This document shows, piece after piece, positions 25,580-36,730 of a stretch of DNA of 64,000 bases (position 1 is its first letter; each line of letters starts with the position of its first letter). The stretch is from contig NIVC01001171.1 in NCBI GenBank assembly GCA_002269645.1, positions 62,001 to 126,000 on the forward strand, in the 5' to 3' direction. The notes beneath the pieces are model-generated. The model had not been told where the DNA came from and did not search any database. It worked only from the letters and a program-made list of their open reading frames with translations. A program made the position numbers and the translations under genes. This DNA is from Macrostomum lignano. Taxonomy: Eukaryota.

Positions 25580-26396
25580 TCTGGTCAGGATTGGGTAGGC
25601 TAGAGTGTCTGATTGGTCAGGATGGGGTAGGCTAGAGTGTCTGATTGGTCAGGATGGGGTAGGCTAGAGTGTGTCTGATTGGTCAGGATGGGGGTTGGCT
25701 AGAGTGTCTGATTGGTCAGGATGGGGGTTGGCTAGAGTGTCTGATTGGTCAGGATGGGGGTTGGCTAGAGTGTCTGATTGGTCAGGATGGGGTAGGCTAG
25801 AGTGTGTCTGATTGGTCAGGATGGGGGTTGGCTAGAGTGTCTGATTGGTCAGGATGGGGTAGGCTAGAGTGTCTGATTGGTCAGGATTGGGTAGGCTAGA
25901 GTGTGTCTGATTGGTCAGGATTGGGTAGGCTAGAGTGTCTGATTGGTCAGGATGGGGTAGGCTAGAGTGCGTCTGATTGGTCAGGATTGGGTAGGCTAGA
26001 GTGTGTCTGATTGGTCAGGATTGGGTAGGCTAGAGTGCGTCTGATTGGTCAGGATTGGGTAGGCTAGAGTGTGTCTGATTGGTCAGGATTGGGTAGGCTA
26101 GAGTGTGTCTGATTGGTCAGGATTGGGTAGGCTAGAGTGCGTCTGATTGGTCAGGATGGGGTAGGCTAGAGTGTGTCTGATTGGTCAGGATTGGGTAGGC
26201 TAGAGTGTGTCTGATTGGTCAGGATGGGGTAGGCTAGAGTGTATCTGATTGGTCAGGATGGGGTAAGCTAGAGTGTGTCTGATTGGTCAGGATTGGGTAG
26301 GCTAGAGTGTGTCTGATTGGTCAGGATGGGGTAGGCTAGAGTGTGTCTGATTGGTCAGGATGGGGTAGGCTAGAGTGTGTCTGATTGGTCAGGATT
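25580..26396. repeat. 32-35-bp minisatellite (GTCTGATTGGTCAGGATGGGGTAGGCTAGAGTGT), array 1
   Basis: Tandem units, each containing CTGATTGG. Confidence 0.93.
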
Positions 26397-27114
26397 TCTA
26401 TTATATTCATTTATATCAAACGGCTTTGATATAATTACTTGGGATGGCAATTTTACTAATTGATATAAAAGCAAGAATTGTATTTTAATATCTATACTGC
26501 ACCTTTATTCAAAGTACTTAATGCTTCTATGTGATGATATATTGTGAGTCTATGTATTGCAATTTTGCCAATAATCATTTTTTGCAGGCATGAGAATAAG
26601 CTCGCTTTTAGACATAAATCGCTCAGTTACAATCGTACCCATATACACGATCGTCTATATTCGGGTTTTGTATTGAAGAAGTTATTTTTATTCGTAATTT
26701 AAATATTTTTTCTATCAGCTTTTTATCTGTTTAGTGTTGAATTTAGCAAGGCAAAAAGCACATCTTTATCTTGTCCTGCATAACCCAACTATTGAGAATA
26801 ACTGCTTTGATTAAGTGTTACATTTGCTTGCTTTTGCCATTGGTATTCAAAATTGATTGCTTAGTATTTACTGTTAGTAGTATTTTGTCAATTTATTTTT
26901 AAGTGGCGCTGCTTCTACAGTGGTTTGTAGTCTATTATTACACCTGTACCCTGCCCCAATTGTTATTGTTCAGTTTTCAATCTGGTTTAATAATATAATA
27001 AACATCTAGCTGCTAACTGTCGCTACGAACTTATCCTTTGCGATCAAGTAGAAAATTTTGTAATTGATATGCTTATCATATCCGGCTGATAGGGTCGTGT
27101 CAGTATTAGAGTGT

Positions 27115-28338
27115 GGTGATGTCTGATTGGTCAGAATGGGTAGGCTAGAGTGCCTGATTGGTCAGGATGGGGTAGGCTAAAGTGTGTCTGATTGGCCACG
27201 ATGGGGTAGGCTAAAGTGTGTCTGATTGGTCAGGATGGGGTAGGCTAGAGTGTCAGATTGGTCAAGATGGGGTTGGCTAGAGTGTCAGATTGGTCAAGAT
27301 GGGGTTGGCTAGAGTGTCAGTTTGGTCAGGATGGGGTTGGCTAGAGTGTCAGATTGGTCAGGATGGGGTAGGCTAGAGTGTGCCTGATTGGTCAGGATGG
27401 GGTAGGCTAGAGTTGCCTGATTGGTCAGGATGGGGTAGGCTAGAGTGTGCCTGATTGGTCAGGATGGGGTAGGCTAGAGTGTGCCTGATTGGTCAGGATG
27501 GGGTAGGCTAGAGTGTGCCTGATTGGTCAGGATGGGGTAGGCTAGAGTGTGTCTGATTGGTCAGGATGGGGTAGGCTAGAGTGTGCCTGATTGGTCAGGA
27601 TGGGGGTAGGCTAGAGTGTGCCTGATTGGTCAGGATGGGGGTAGGCTAGAGTGTGCCTGATTGGTCAGGATTGGGTAGGCTAGAGTGTGTCTGATTGGTC
27701 AGGATTGGGTAGGCTAGAGTGTGTCTGATTGGTCAGGATGGGGGTAGGCTAGAGTGTGCCTGATTGGTCAGGATTGGGTAGGCTAGAGTGTGTCTGATTG
27801 GTCAGGATGGGGGTAGGCTAGAGTGTGCCTGATTGGTCAGGATTGGGTAGGCTAGAGTGTGTCTGATTGGTCAGGATGGGGGTAGGCTAGAGTGTGTCTG
27901 ATTGGTCAGGATTGGGTAGGCTAGAGTGTGTCTGATTGGTCAGGATGGGGGTAGGCTAGAGTGTGTCTGATTGGTCAGGATTGGGTAGGCTAGAGTGTGC
28001 CTGATTGGTCAGGATGGGGGTAGGCTAGAGTGTGTCTGATTGGTCAGGATTGGGTAGGCTAGAGTGTGTCTGATTGGTCAGGATGGGGGTAGGCTAGAGT
28101 GTGTCTGATTGGTCAGGATTGGGTAGGCTAGAGTGTGTCTGATTGGTCAGGATTGGGTAGGCTAGAGTGTGCCTGATTGGTCAGGATGGGGGTAGGCTAG
28201 AGTGTGTCTGATTGGTCAGGATTGGGTAGGCTAGAGTGTGTCTGATTGGTCAGGATGGGGGTAGGCTAGAGTGTGTCTGATTGGTCAGGATTGGGTAGGC
28301 TAGAGTGTGCCTGATTGGTCAGGATGGGGGTAGGCTAG
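27115..28338. repeat. Same 32-35-bp minisatellite, array 2
   Basis: Same unit as 25580-26396, separated from it by ~720 bp of AT-rich unique DNA. Confidence 0.93.
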
Positions 28339-28502
28339 TCTCTAAAGTTCCGTCGACAAACTGATCGTTGTTATAAAAGTATGTTAGCTTAGTATCGTTT
28401 ACTAAATCATATTGCATGCTCAGGTGCATCTCTGCCCATTTGGCAGCAGCTTGAATTTGTACTCAAGAGTGAGAGAGGGTGTACACCTAGCTACTTACCC
28501 GA

Positions 28503-28919
28503 ATGGACTCAAAGCCTAGCGGCCAACAGCAGCAGCGCCAGCCAACCTCACTTGCCAGCGGCAGCGGCGGCCTCTTTAACTGGCTATTCGGCCTGAATCC
28601 GGACAGCTATCCCCGCTCGGTGAATTATTATTCCAGCTACGCCAGCGAAACCGCCCCGCCCTCGGCTGATGCAGGCGTGCCCACTACTGTTAGTAGTAGA
28701 GACAGCAGCGATTCGCCTAACTATTCACTTCCGGCCACTGCATCCAGCGCCTCTCCTATACTACTGAGCCAGATGACGTCAGCCGCTCAGTCACCTTTAA
28801 TTAGCATTCACGGCGGCGACGAGTCTTTGAAATCGGCCGCCGAACTGTTCGGCGCTCGCCGACGTCGCGACTCGGAAATGTTTCGCGATTTGAACGCTAA
28901 TGCGCCCAATAATTTCTAG
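28503..28919 (+). CDS. Hypothetical 138-aa Ser/Pro-rich protein
   Basis: ATG-to-stop ORF in a GC-rich island with exon-like composition. Conserved-looking ends (GLFNWLFG; RRRDSEMFRDLNANAPNNF). No family recognised. Confidence 0.5.
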   Translation: MDSKPSGQQQQRQPTSLASGSGGLFNWLFGLNPDSYPRSVNYYSSYASETAPPSADAGVPTTVSSRDSSDSPNYSLPATASSASPILLSQMTSAAQSPLISIHGGDESLKSAAELFGARRRRDSEMFRDLNANAPNNF

Positions 28920-29689
28920 GCGTAACTGATCGTACGGTGGGGTAGCGGGTTCAGAAGTAACGAGAATTTCGTTCTGCATGAGTAACCTAAATCGAATCTA
29001 TCAGCCTGTATGCATCAGTGATGACTCTACATGACAGTCCAGACCTCAAGATAAAAATATTACAACAGTTTTTTGTCGGCTTGTTCTCTAGACCTGAAAA
29101 AACGTTGAGAACTTTACTGACTAGACTAAAAAGTGCTTATAAGTGAGGCTATGGAACTTTTGACACAACAAATAGATTGTCATGGACAGAAACTTTTCAT
29201 TATCATGGCGCCGGTCTGGGTTGGCAAACTTCGGCCCGCGAAGCCTCTCTATCCGGTCCTCGTGTCCTTTGTAACTTCACAATAGCAATCTTCTCTCTCC
29301 TCTCTTCTCCCCTCTCCTATTTCATCAATTCTCTCCTTTTGTCCTCTGTCTTCTCAGGTTCTCTATCTGGCTTTTGCCGACCCCTGATGTCACCGATGCA
29401 TGCAGGCGAGTTGCCATCCATTGGGTGATCATGGTAGTACCGGTTTTTCTGTCTATTCTAAAGGCTATTCTTAATTCTACTATATTTTATTTTATATACT
29501 CTGCGCTATCTAATGACGAAATTTCTGTGTCCGCTATGTTTAGTTTTTCAGGCCGCGCTATACTTTCTACTTATATCAGTAGACGAACTCGGACATACAT
29601 CCTTTAGTGTTGTAGTTAGCCAAGCACAAAGAAGAAGTAAAAAGAAGGATATCACCAATCCGGTATACTTGGCAACTCGAATGGATCAG

Positions 29690-29895
29690 CCCATGAAGGC
29701 CAACCCCCCCCCCTAAGGCACAGAGAGTGTACATGCCTGACGATCAGAAAGTCAGGGCCGCTGTACACCCTGTGTGAGCGTGTGTGAGAGCGTGCCTGCG
29801 TACAGTATTGGCGCGCTTGTATTGTGCTCAGGAGTCAGCGGAATGGGCAGAATTGCCGTCAGCTCTGGTTTTGAGACGATGTCGTCTAAGGCGTT
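29690..29895 (+). mobile_element. Truncated copy of the SINE family found at 58022-58385
   Basis: Shares GTGTACATGCCT..AGGGCCGCTGTACAC..GCCTGCGTAC..GCGCGCTTGTAT..GCGGAATGGGCAG with the reverse complement of 58080-58250. Confidence 0.7.
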
Positions 29896-30429
29896 GCGCC
29901 AGGGTGCAATTTATTATGGGGATTATGCTCGTAAATTTACTTGAAGTTCACAGACCACGGACCAAAGCTACATTAAATTTGCGATAAGACCCATCTGCGA
30001 TGTGTGTAATCATTTTTTCGCTTTTTAAATCGCTTTATATTCGAGTTGATCGTGAGTTAAACGTGTAAACAAGCGCGTATTATATTCGCATAATAATATT
30101 TCATAATTGCGAGTCATCGTTTTGTACAGCAAACTAAGTACATCGCAACCTCTGCTGCGTGCACTGTAGGTCGCTTTAAATCTTGTGATATTATATAGCA
30201 AGCACCATTGAGTAACTCTTAATAGTAGTTAAGCTCCTCAATACAGTAATTATTGTAATTTTATCCATGCTATCAAAACATTTATGCTTGTAAAAATAAA
30301 CATTTTCGAGTCATTTTACATTATTCTAGATATTCTGTTCATTTTGGTTGTTTCAATTGCTCCGTCATACAAAATTAAATCTCCTGATTGGCCACAGTCT
30401 TGTCTTATCTTTCCTAACTGATTACCTTC

Positions 30430-31400
30430 CTTCCCCTGGACCTCTGATTGGCTGCAATCTCCCCTACCTCAATTCTTCTGATTGGCTGCAATCTTTCTCC
30501 CCCCCCTCTAGTGCCTCTGATTAACTGCAATCTCCCCCCCCCTTAGTGCCTCTGATTAGCTGCAATCTCCCCCCTTTAGTGCCTCTGATTAACTGCAATC
30601 TCCCCCCCTTAGTGCCTCTGATTAGCTGCAATCTCCCCCCTTTAGTGCCTCTGATTGGCTGCAATCTCCCCCATAGTGCCTCTGATTAACTGCAATCTCC
30701 CCCCTTAGTGCCTCTGATTGGCTGCAATCTCCCCATAGTGCCTCTGATTAACTGCAATCTCCCCCCTTAGTGCCTCTGATTGGCTGATATCCCCCTAGTG
30801 CCTCCGATTGGCTGCAATCTCCCCCCCTTAGTGCCTCTGATTGGCTGCAAGCTCCCCCTTAGTGCCTCTGATTGGCTGATATCCCCCCTAGTGCCTCCGA
30901 TTGGCTTAAATCTCCTTCCCCTTAGTGCCTCTGATTGGCTGATATCTCCTTCCCCTTAGTGCCTCTGATTGGCTGATATCCCCCCTAGTGCCTCCGATTG
31001 GCTGCAATCTCCCCCCCCTTAGTGCCTCTGATTGGCTGCAAGCTCCCCCTTAGTGTCTCTGATTGGCTGATATCCCCCCTAGTGCCTCCGATTGGCTGCA
31101 ATCTCCCTCCCCCTTAGTGCCTCTGATTGGCTGCAAGCTCCCCCTTAGTGCCTCTGATTGGCTGATACCCCTCCTAGTGCCTCCGATTGGCTTCAATCTC
31201 CTTCCCCTTAGTGCCTCTGATTGGCTGATATCTCCTTCCCCTTAGTGCCTCTGATTGGCTGATATCCCCCCTAGTGCCTCCGATTGGCTGCAATCTCCCC
31301 CCTTATTGTCTCTGATTGGCTGCAAGCTCCCCCTTAGTGCCTCTGATTGGCTGCAATCTCCCCCCTCAGTGCTTCTGATTGGCTGCAATCTTTGCTGCTC
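30430..31400. repeat. ~30-bp minisatellite (CTCTGATTGGCTGCAATCTCCCCCCTTAGTGC)
   Basis: Tandem units, most containing CTGATTGGCT. Confidence 0.92.
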
Positions 31401-31599
31401 TAATTGGCTGTACTTCCCACCTTCCCATCCAAGCCTGTGATTGGCTATGGCATTTCTCTCCCTCTTCCAAGCCGCCGCCTTTCCTTTCCCCTCCATGCCC
31501 CTCCAGCCAATCTAAAAGTGCAGTGTAGTACACTGAAAACACTCGCGGCGCCAATCCAATGCATGCGGCTTGCCTCGGCCGTCAAGCAGCTGCGCCGAC

Positions 31600-32703
31600 A
31601 TGCAGCTTAGCCGATGGCCGCTGCCTCCGCCCGCACTGCTGTTGCTTTTGCTGACCAGTTTGCGGTCCAACTGCATGGTCGCCGCCGCAGAGTCCACCGC
31701 TATTGAATTTGAAATCGCCGCCTCCGACGCGGCAATGTCGGAGCTGACAGCCCAGTCTGGATCTGGCGGCAGTCGATCAGTTGACCAAATCCTGCAACTG
31801 TGCATGCGCCAATCGCCCGAACTGTTCTGCGCCTGGTTCTCCTTTCGAGTCAGTCGATACCCGACTGGGCACAGTTTCCCCAATTCGTCTTCAATGCTTT
31901 CGTATAGTGACGAGTTTCTGTTCACCTGCTTCAACGAAGTGAAGTTCGGCTGCAATCGCAATGCAAAATGTGCACCTAGTCGGCGTCTTGTCGGCCTTGA
32001 CGTCACCCACGAGTGCTACTGTTCCTGCGCCTTCTTCGGCAGTAACAAAGGCTTCAATCGCTACTTTCAGAAGCAGATGAAGCGACAGCAATTACCAACC
32101 AATGGCTATAGCGGCGACATTGGCCGGGTCTATCAGTGCTCCAGCCTGTGCGACCATCAGCCTGTCTGTATGAATAGCTTCGACGAATCGCCGGCGATCT
32201 GCAGCATCTACGACAGGCACGCCTCCAGCCCGTGGTCCGTGGCCTCCCTGACCCTGGGCATCGCGGCCGTGCTTGTCACCCTGTCCTATCTGTTGAACGC
32301 CGTGCTGAAAGGCCTGCTAATGTCCGTCTGTCCGAAGTGGCGCCGTTTGCGCCGCTTGTTCCGTCGCTGCTCCCCGTTCGGTCGTGCAAGGCGAAGCAAC
32401 CGCAGCAGGCGCGACAACGAAGGCGAAGCCGACGAGGTCCAGGCGGATGAGGCGGAGGAGGAGGAGGAGTTCGACAGCGCCGAGCCAGAACCGACGGCGC
32501 GTCGGCAACTGGAGCCGTCGATGATGATGCCGCTGCGTTTGCTCAGACCGGCGCCAGTCGCTCCGCCGCCCTATGAGGCAGCCGTGGCCCAGTCAGATGC
32601 CGCTTCAACAATGATTCCACTAGCCCCGCCTCCGCCTTACACAGAGCGGGATCAAAATAATGATGGTAGTAGCAGTCTTGTCACTGCTGGATCTACCTGG
32701 TGA
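31600..32703 (+). CDS. Type-I single-pass membrane protein (~367 aa): signal peptide, Cys-rich ectodomain with CYCSC + half-LDLa motif, TM, acidic tail with two PPxY motifs
   Basis: ATG at 31600 (MQLSRWPLPPPALLLLLLTSL). Motifs CYCSC (32014-32028) and YQCSSLCDHQPVCMNSFDESPAIC (32131-32202). TM WSVASLTLGIAAVLVTLSYLL, then PPPYE and PPPPY. A splice donor at 32700 overlaps the last codons. Confidence 0.8.
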   Translation: MQLSRWPLPPPALLLLLLTSLRSNCMVAAAESTAIEFEIAASDAAMSELTAQSGSGGSRSVDQILQLCMRQSPELFCAWFSFRVSRYPTGHSFPNSSSMLSYSDEFLFTCFNEVKFGCNRNAKCAPSRRLVGLDVTHECYCSCAFFGSNKGFNRYFQKQMKRQQLPTNGYSGDIGRVYQCSSLCDHQPVCMNSFDESPAICSIYDRHASSPWSVASLTLGIAAVLVTLSYLLNAVLKGLLMSVCPKWRRLRRLFRRCSPFGRARRSNRSRRDNEGEADEVQADEAEEEEEFDSAEPEPTARRQLEPSMMMPLRLLRPAPVAPPPYEAAVAQSDAASTMIPLAPPPPYTERDQNNDGSSSLVTAGSTW

Positions 32704-32799
32704 GTACGGCTGGTAATGTACATGTAGATATGCTTGGGTTTGTGCTTTCGAAATTCATTCGATAATTATTCGACAAATAAGACGACAGGTTGGAAATGT

Positions 32800-34020
32800 C
32801 TCTTGGAGCAGGTCTTGCTGGAGAGCGGAGCAGGTAGAGATAGGAGGAGCAGGTAGAGAGCGGAGCAGGTAGAGATAGGAGGAGCAGGTAGAGAGCGGAG
32901 CAGGTAGAGAGAGGAGGAGCAGGTAGAGAGCGGAGCAGGTAGAGAGCGGAGCAGGTAGAGAGAGGAGGAGCAGGTAGAGAGCCGAGCAAGTAGAGATAGG
33001 AGCAGGTAGAGAGTGGAGCAGGTAGAAATAGGAGCAGGTAGAGAGCGGAGCAAGTAGAGATAGGAGCAGGTAGAGAGCCGAGCAGGTAGAGAGCCGAGCA
33101 GGTAGAGAGCAGAGCAGGTAGAGAGCGGAGCAGGTAGAGAGCCGAGCAGGTAGAGAACCGAGCAGGTAGAGAGCGGAGCAGGTAGAGATAGGAGCAGGTA
33201 GAAATAGGAGCAGGTAGAGAGCGGACCAGGTAGAAATAGGAGCAGGTAGAGATAGGAGCAGGTAGAGATAGGAGCAGGTAGAGAGCCGAGCAGGTAGAGA
33301 GCAGAGCAGGTAGAGAGCGGAGCAGGTAAAGAGCGGAGCAGGTAGAGAGCCGAGCAGGTAGAGAGCCGAGCAGGTAGAGAGCGGAGCAGGTAGAAATAGG
33401 AGCAGGTAGAGAGCGGACCAGGTAGAAATAGGAGCAGGTAGAGATAGGAGCAGGTAGAGAGTGGAGCAGGTAGAAATAGGAGCAGGTAGAGAGTGGAGCA
33501 GGTAGAAATAGGAGCAGGTAGAGAGCGGAGCAAGTAGAAATAGGAGCAGGTAGAGAGCGGACCAGGTAGAAATAGGAGCAGGTAGAGATAGGAGCAGGTA
33601 GAGAACCGAGCAGGTAGAGAGCGGAGCAGGTAGAGATAGGAGCAGGTAGAGATAGGAGCAGGTAGAGAGCGGAGCAGGTAGAGATAGGAGCAGGTAGAGA
33701 GCAGAGCAGGTAGAGAGCCGAGCAGGTAGAGAACCGAGCAGGTAGAGATAGGAGCAGGTAGAGAGCGGAGCAGGTAGAGATAGGAGCAGGTAGAGAGCGG
33801 AGCAGGTAGAGATAGGAGCAGGTAGAGAGCAGAGCAGGTAGAGAGCGGAGCAGGTAGAGAGCCGAGCAGGTAGAGAACCGAGCAGGTAGAGATAGGAGCA
33901 GATAGAGAGCGGAGCAGGTAGAGATAGGAGCAGGTAGAGAGCGGAGCAGGTAGAGAGTGGAGCAGGTAGAGATAGAAGCAGGTAGAGAGTGGAGCAAGTA
34001 GAGAGCGGAGCAGGTAGAAA
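32800..34020. repeat. 16-bp purine-rich minisatellite (GTAGAGAGCGGAGCAG / GTAGAGATAGGAGCAG)
   Basis: Explains the repetitive ORFs 32693-33997 and 32766-33533. Confidence 0.93.
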
Positions 34021-34664
34021 GCGAATAGAAATATTATATAATGTAAAGCTTCATACTGTCTTTTCTGAAAGCAAAGAAAATTGCATATACGAGTATGCCT
34101 ATCGAAAAGGTGAATTAATTTAAACTACTTTCCCCACTGCAGACAATCCGCTAAACATTGCTCATGCCAACGTTGCCTGCAGACTGTTCAGTCTCAGTAT
34201 CTAGTCCAGGTGAATCTGTTATTGGTCATGACGCCTACTGATGCACTTCGATTTTAACCGGCTTTTAATGCTCAGATTTAGTTATTTTGTTTGTTATACA
34301 AGCAGAGGACACTCTTCTGCTTAGAGAATATCCGACCCAGTGGTCACGATAGGCTTGCATGACGTAATGTACAATGTCTATAGATTGCCACATACAAGGT
34401 CTCGGAAAAATATTGCATGTAATTATTATACATTGAGTCCCTGCCCTGGCTCTAGTCATTCTTTTCTATGTATTCGCTTTTGTGTTACTTAACTTATAGT
34501 GAAAACTCTTTTTAAATAAAATATATGTTTGTCGGTTCCTATAAATTGATCATATTTTGTTCAATTAGCCTTGAGCGCAGTCTTTGTTTGCACTCTATTC
34601 TCAACTATTTAATATTCAATTTGTAGGTGCGTTATAGTCTAGATCCTTATACAAAGACTTAGGC

Positions 34665-35660
34665 TGAGCTGCTGGGCCACCCTCCCAGATCCTCAGTTGC
34701 TGGGCCACCCTCCCAGATCCTCAGTTGCTGGGCCACCCTCCCAGATCCTCAGTTGCTGGGCCACCCTCCCAGATCCTCAGTTGCTGGGCCACCCTCCCAG
34801 ATCCTCAGTTGCTGGGCCACCCTCCCAGATCCTCAGTTGCTGGGCCACCCTCCCAGATCCTCAGTTGCTGGGCCACCCTCCCAGATCCTCAGTTGCTGGG
34901 CCACCCTCCCAGATATTCAGTTGCTTGGCCAGCTTCCCAGATATTCAGTTGCTTGGCCAGCTTCCCAGATATTCAGTTGCTTGGCCAGCTTCCCAGATAT
35001 TCAGTTGCTGGGCCAGCTTCCCAGATATTCAGTTGCTTGGCCAGCTTCCCAGATATTCAGTTGCTTGGCCAGCTTCCCAGATATTCAGTTGCTTGGCCAG
35101 CTTCCCAGATATTCAGTTGCTTGGCCAGCTTCCCAGATATTCAGTTGCTGGGCCAGCCTCCCAGATCCCCAGTTGCTGGGCCAGCCTCCCAGATCCCCAG
35201 TTGCTGGGCCAGCCTCCTAGATCCCCAGTTGCTGGGCCAGCCTCCTAGATCCTCAGTTGCTGGGCCAGCCTCCTAGATCCTCAGTTGCTTGGCCAGCCTC
35301 CCAGATCCCCAGTCGCTGGGCCAGCCTCCTAGATCCTCAGTTGCTGGGCCAGCCTCCCAGATCCCCAGTTGCTGGGCCAGCCTCCTAGATCCTCAGTTGC
35401 TGGGCCAGCCTCCTAGATCCTCAGTTGCTGGGCCAGCCTCCTAGATCCTCAGTTGCTGGGCCAGCCTCCCAGATCCCCAGTTGCTGGGCCAGCCTCCTAG
35501 ATCCTCAGTTGCTGGGCCAGCCTCCTAGATCCTCAGTTGCTGGGCCAGCCTCCTAGATCCTCAGTTGCTGGGCCAGCCTCCTAGATCCGCAGTTGCTGGG
35601 CCAGCCTCCTAGATCCTCAGTTGCTGGGCCAACTTCCTAGATCCTCAGTTGCTGGTCCAG
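34665..35660. repeat. 28-bp minisatellite (CCCTCCCAGATCCTCAGTTGCTGGGCCA), related to the TRMT1 intron-4 repeat
   Basis: Period 28, with three internal variant blocks. Confidence 0.93.
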
Positions 35661-35734
35661 CCTCAGATGCCAGATTTTTCACTGATTTAAAGTCACTCAA
35701 TTTAACTCGGATTCGCTTATATCTGATTTTTTAG

Positions 35735-36192
35735 CGAGTAAAGCCACGAGTAACTGCGACACGCCTGACAGCAACTGCACTCTGCTCTGCTACTGCAGCT
35801 GCGGACAGCGGCTTCTGAGTGGCGGCTCCTCCAGCGATTCGTCCGGCTCCTATAATACTACTATTGGCGACAATTGGCACTTTGCTTATCCTTGCACCGG
35901 AGTGTGCGATAAGAATAATAACTGTCCAGGCTATGAAGACGAGAATGCGCTCATGTGCGATCATCTGTATTCTACTGACATCAAATGGTCGTGGGATGCG
36001 TTTGTTAAAATGTTTGAACGACCGCAGATTCAAATATTGACTGCTTTTCTGGTCCTGTGCTTACCGGTTATGGTGCTCCTCATGCTGAATAAGAAATACC
36101 GCTGGTTGCCTTGGATGCTTAAACACCCGCCCCCGCCACGTTCCAGCGCTGATAGCGCCCTGCTGGCTCAGCAGCAGTCTGCCAACACCTAG
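35735..36192 (+). CDS. Terminal exon of a second single-pass membrane protein with CYCSC + half-LDLa motif (candidate first exon 34164..34209)
   Basis: Acceptor TTTTTTAG at 35734. The open frame reads ...CTLLCYCSCG...YPCTGVCDKNNNCPGYEDENALMC...IQILTAFLVLCLPVMVLLML NKKYR...stop 36192. The 5' exon is speculative (phase 1 compatible). Confidence 0.65.
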
Positions 36193-36289
36193 GGTGCATG
36201 CGTAGCCTGTGTGCACCCAGGTTGCATTGCCCAGGATTGGATTTACAATAGGTGGATTAATAGGTTAACTAGTGAGAGAGTCAATTACC

Positions 36290-36730
36290 GGTAAGGAAAT
36301 GGATTAGTGGGTCTGGACTTGATAAATGAATGGATGAACTAGATTATCAGGTTATGAAATGGATTAACGGGTGTGGAATTGATTAATAATGGGTACATGA
36401 AATGGATTATCAGGTTGGGAAATGGATTAACGGGTGTGGAATTGATTAAGGGGTAGGTGAAATGGATTATCAGGTTGGGAAATGGATTAACGGGTGTGGA
36501 ATTGATTAAGGGGTAGGTGAAATGGATTATCAGGTTGGGAAATGGATTAACGGGTGTGGAATTGATTAAGGGGTAGGTGAAATGGATTATCAGGTTGGGA
36601 AATGGATTAACGGGTGTTGAATTGATTAATGGGTACATGAAATGGATTATCAGGTTGGGAAATGGATTAACGGGTGTGGAATTGATTAATAATGGGTACA
36701 TGAAATGGATTATCAGGTTGGGAAATGGAT
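36290..36730. repeat. 60-bp tandem repeat (GAAATGGATTATCAGGTTGGGAAATGGATTAACGGGTGTGGAATTGATTAAGGGGTAGGT)
   Basis: Consecutive 60-nt lines 36421-36600 are identical. Confidence 0.92.

Noticed and set aside
28410-28418. TATTGCATG, reminiscent of a flatworm spliced-leader 3' end (also 34411-34419)
   Set aside because: Only 9 nt, with no following GT donor, Sm site or stem-loops. The SL sequence is recalled from memory, and chance occurrence is plausible.
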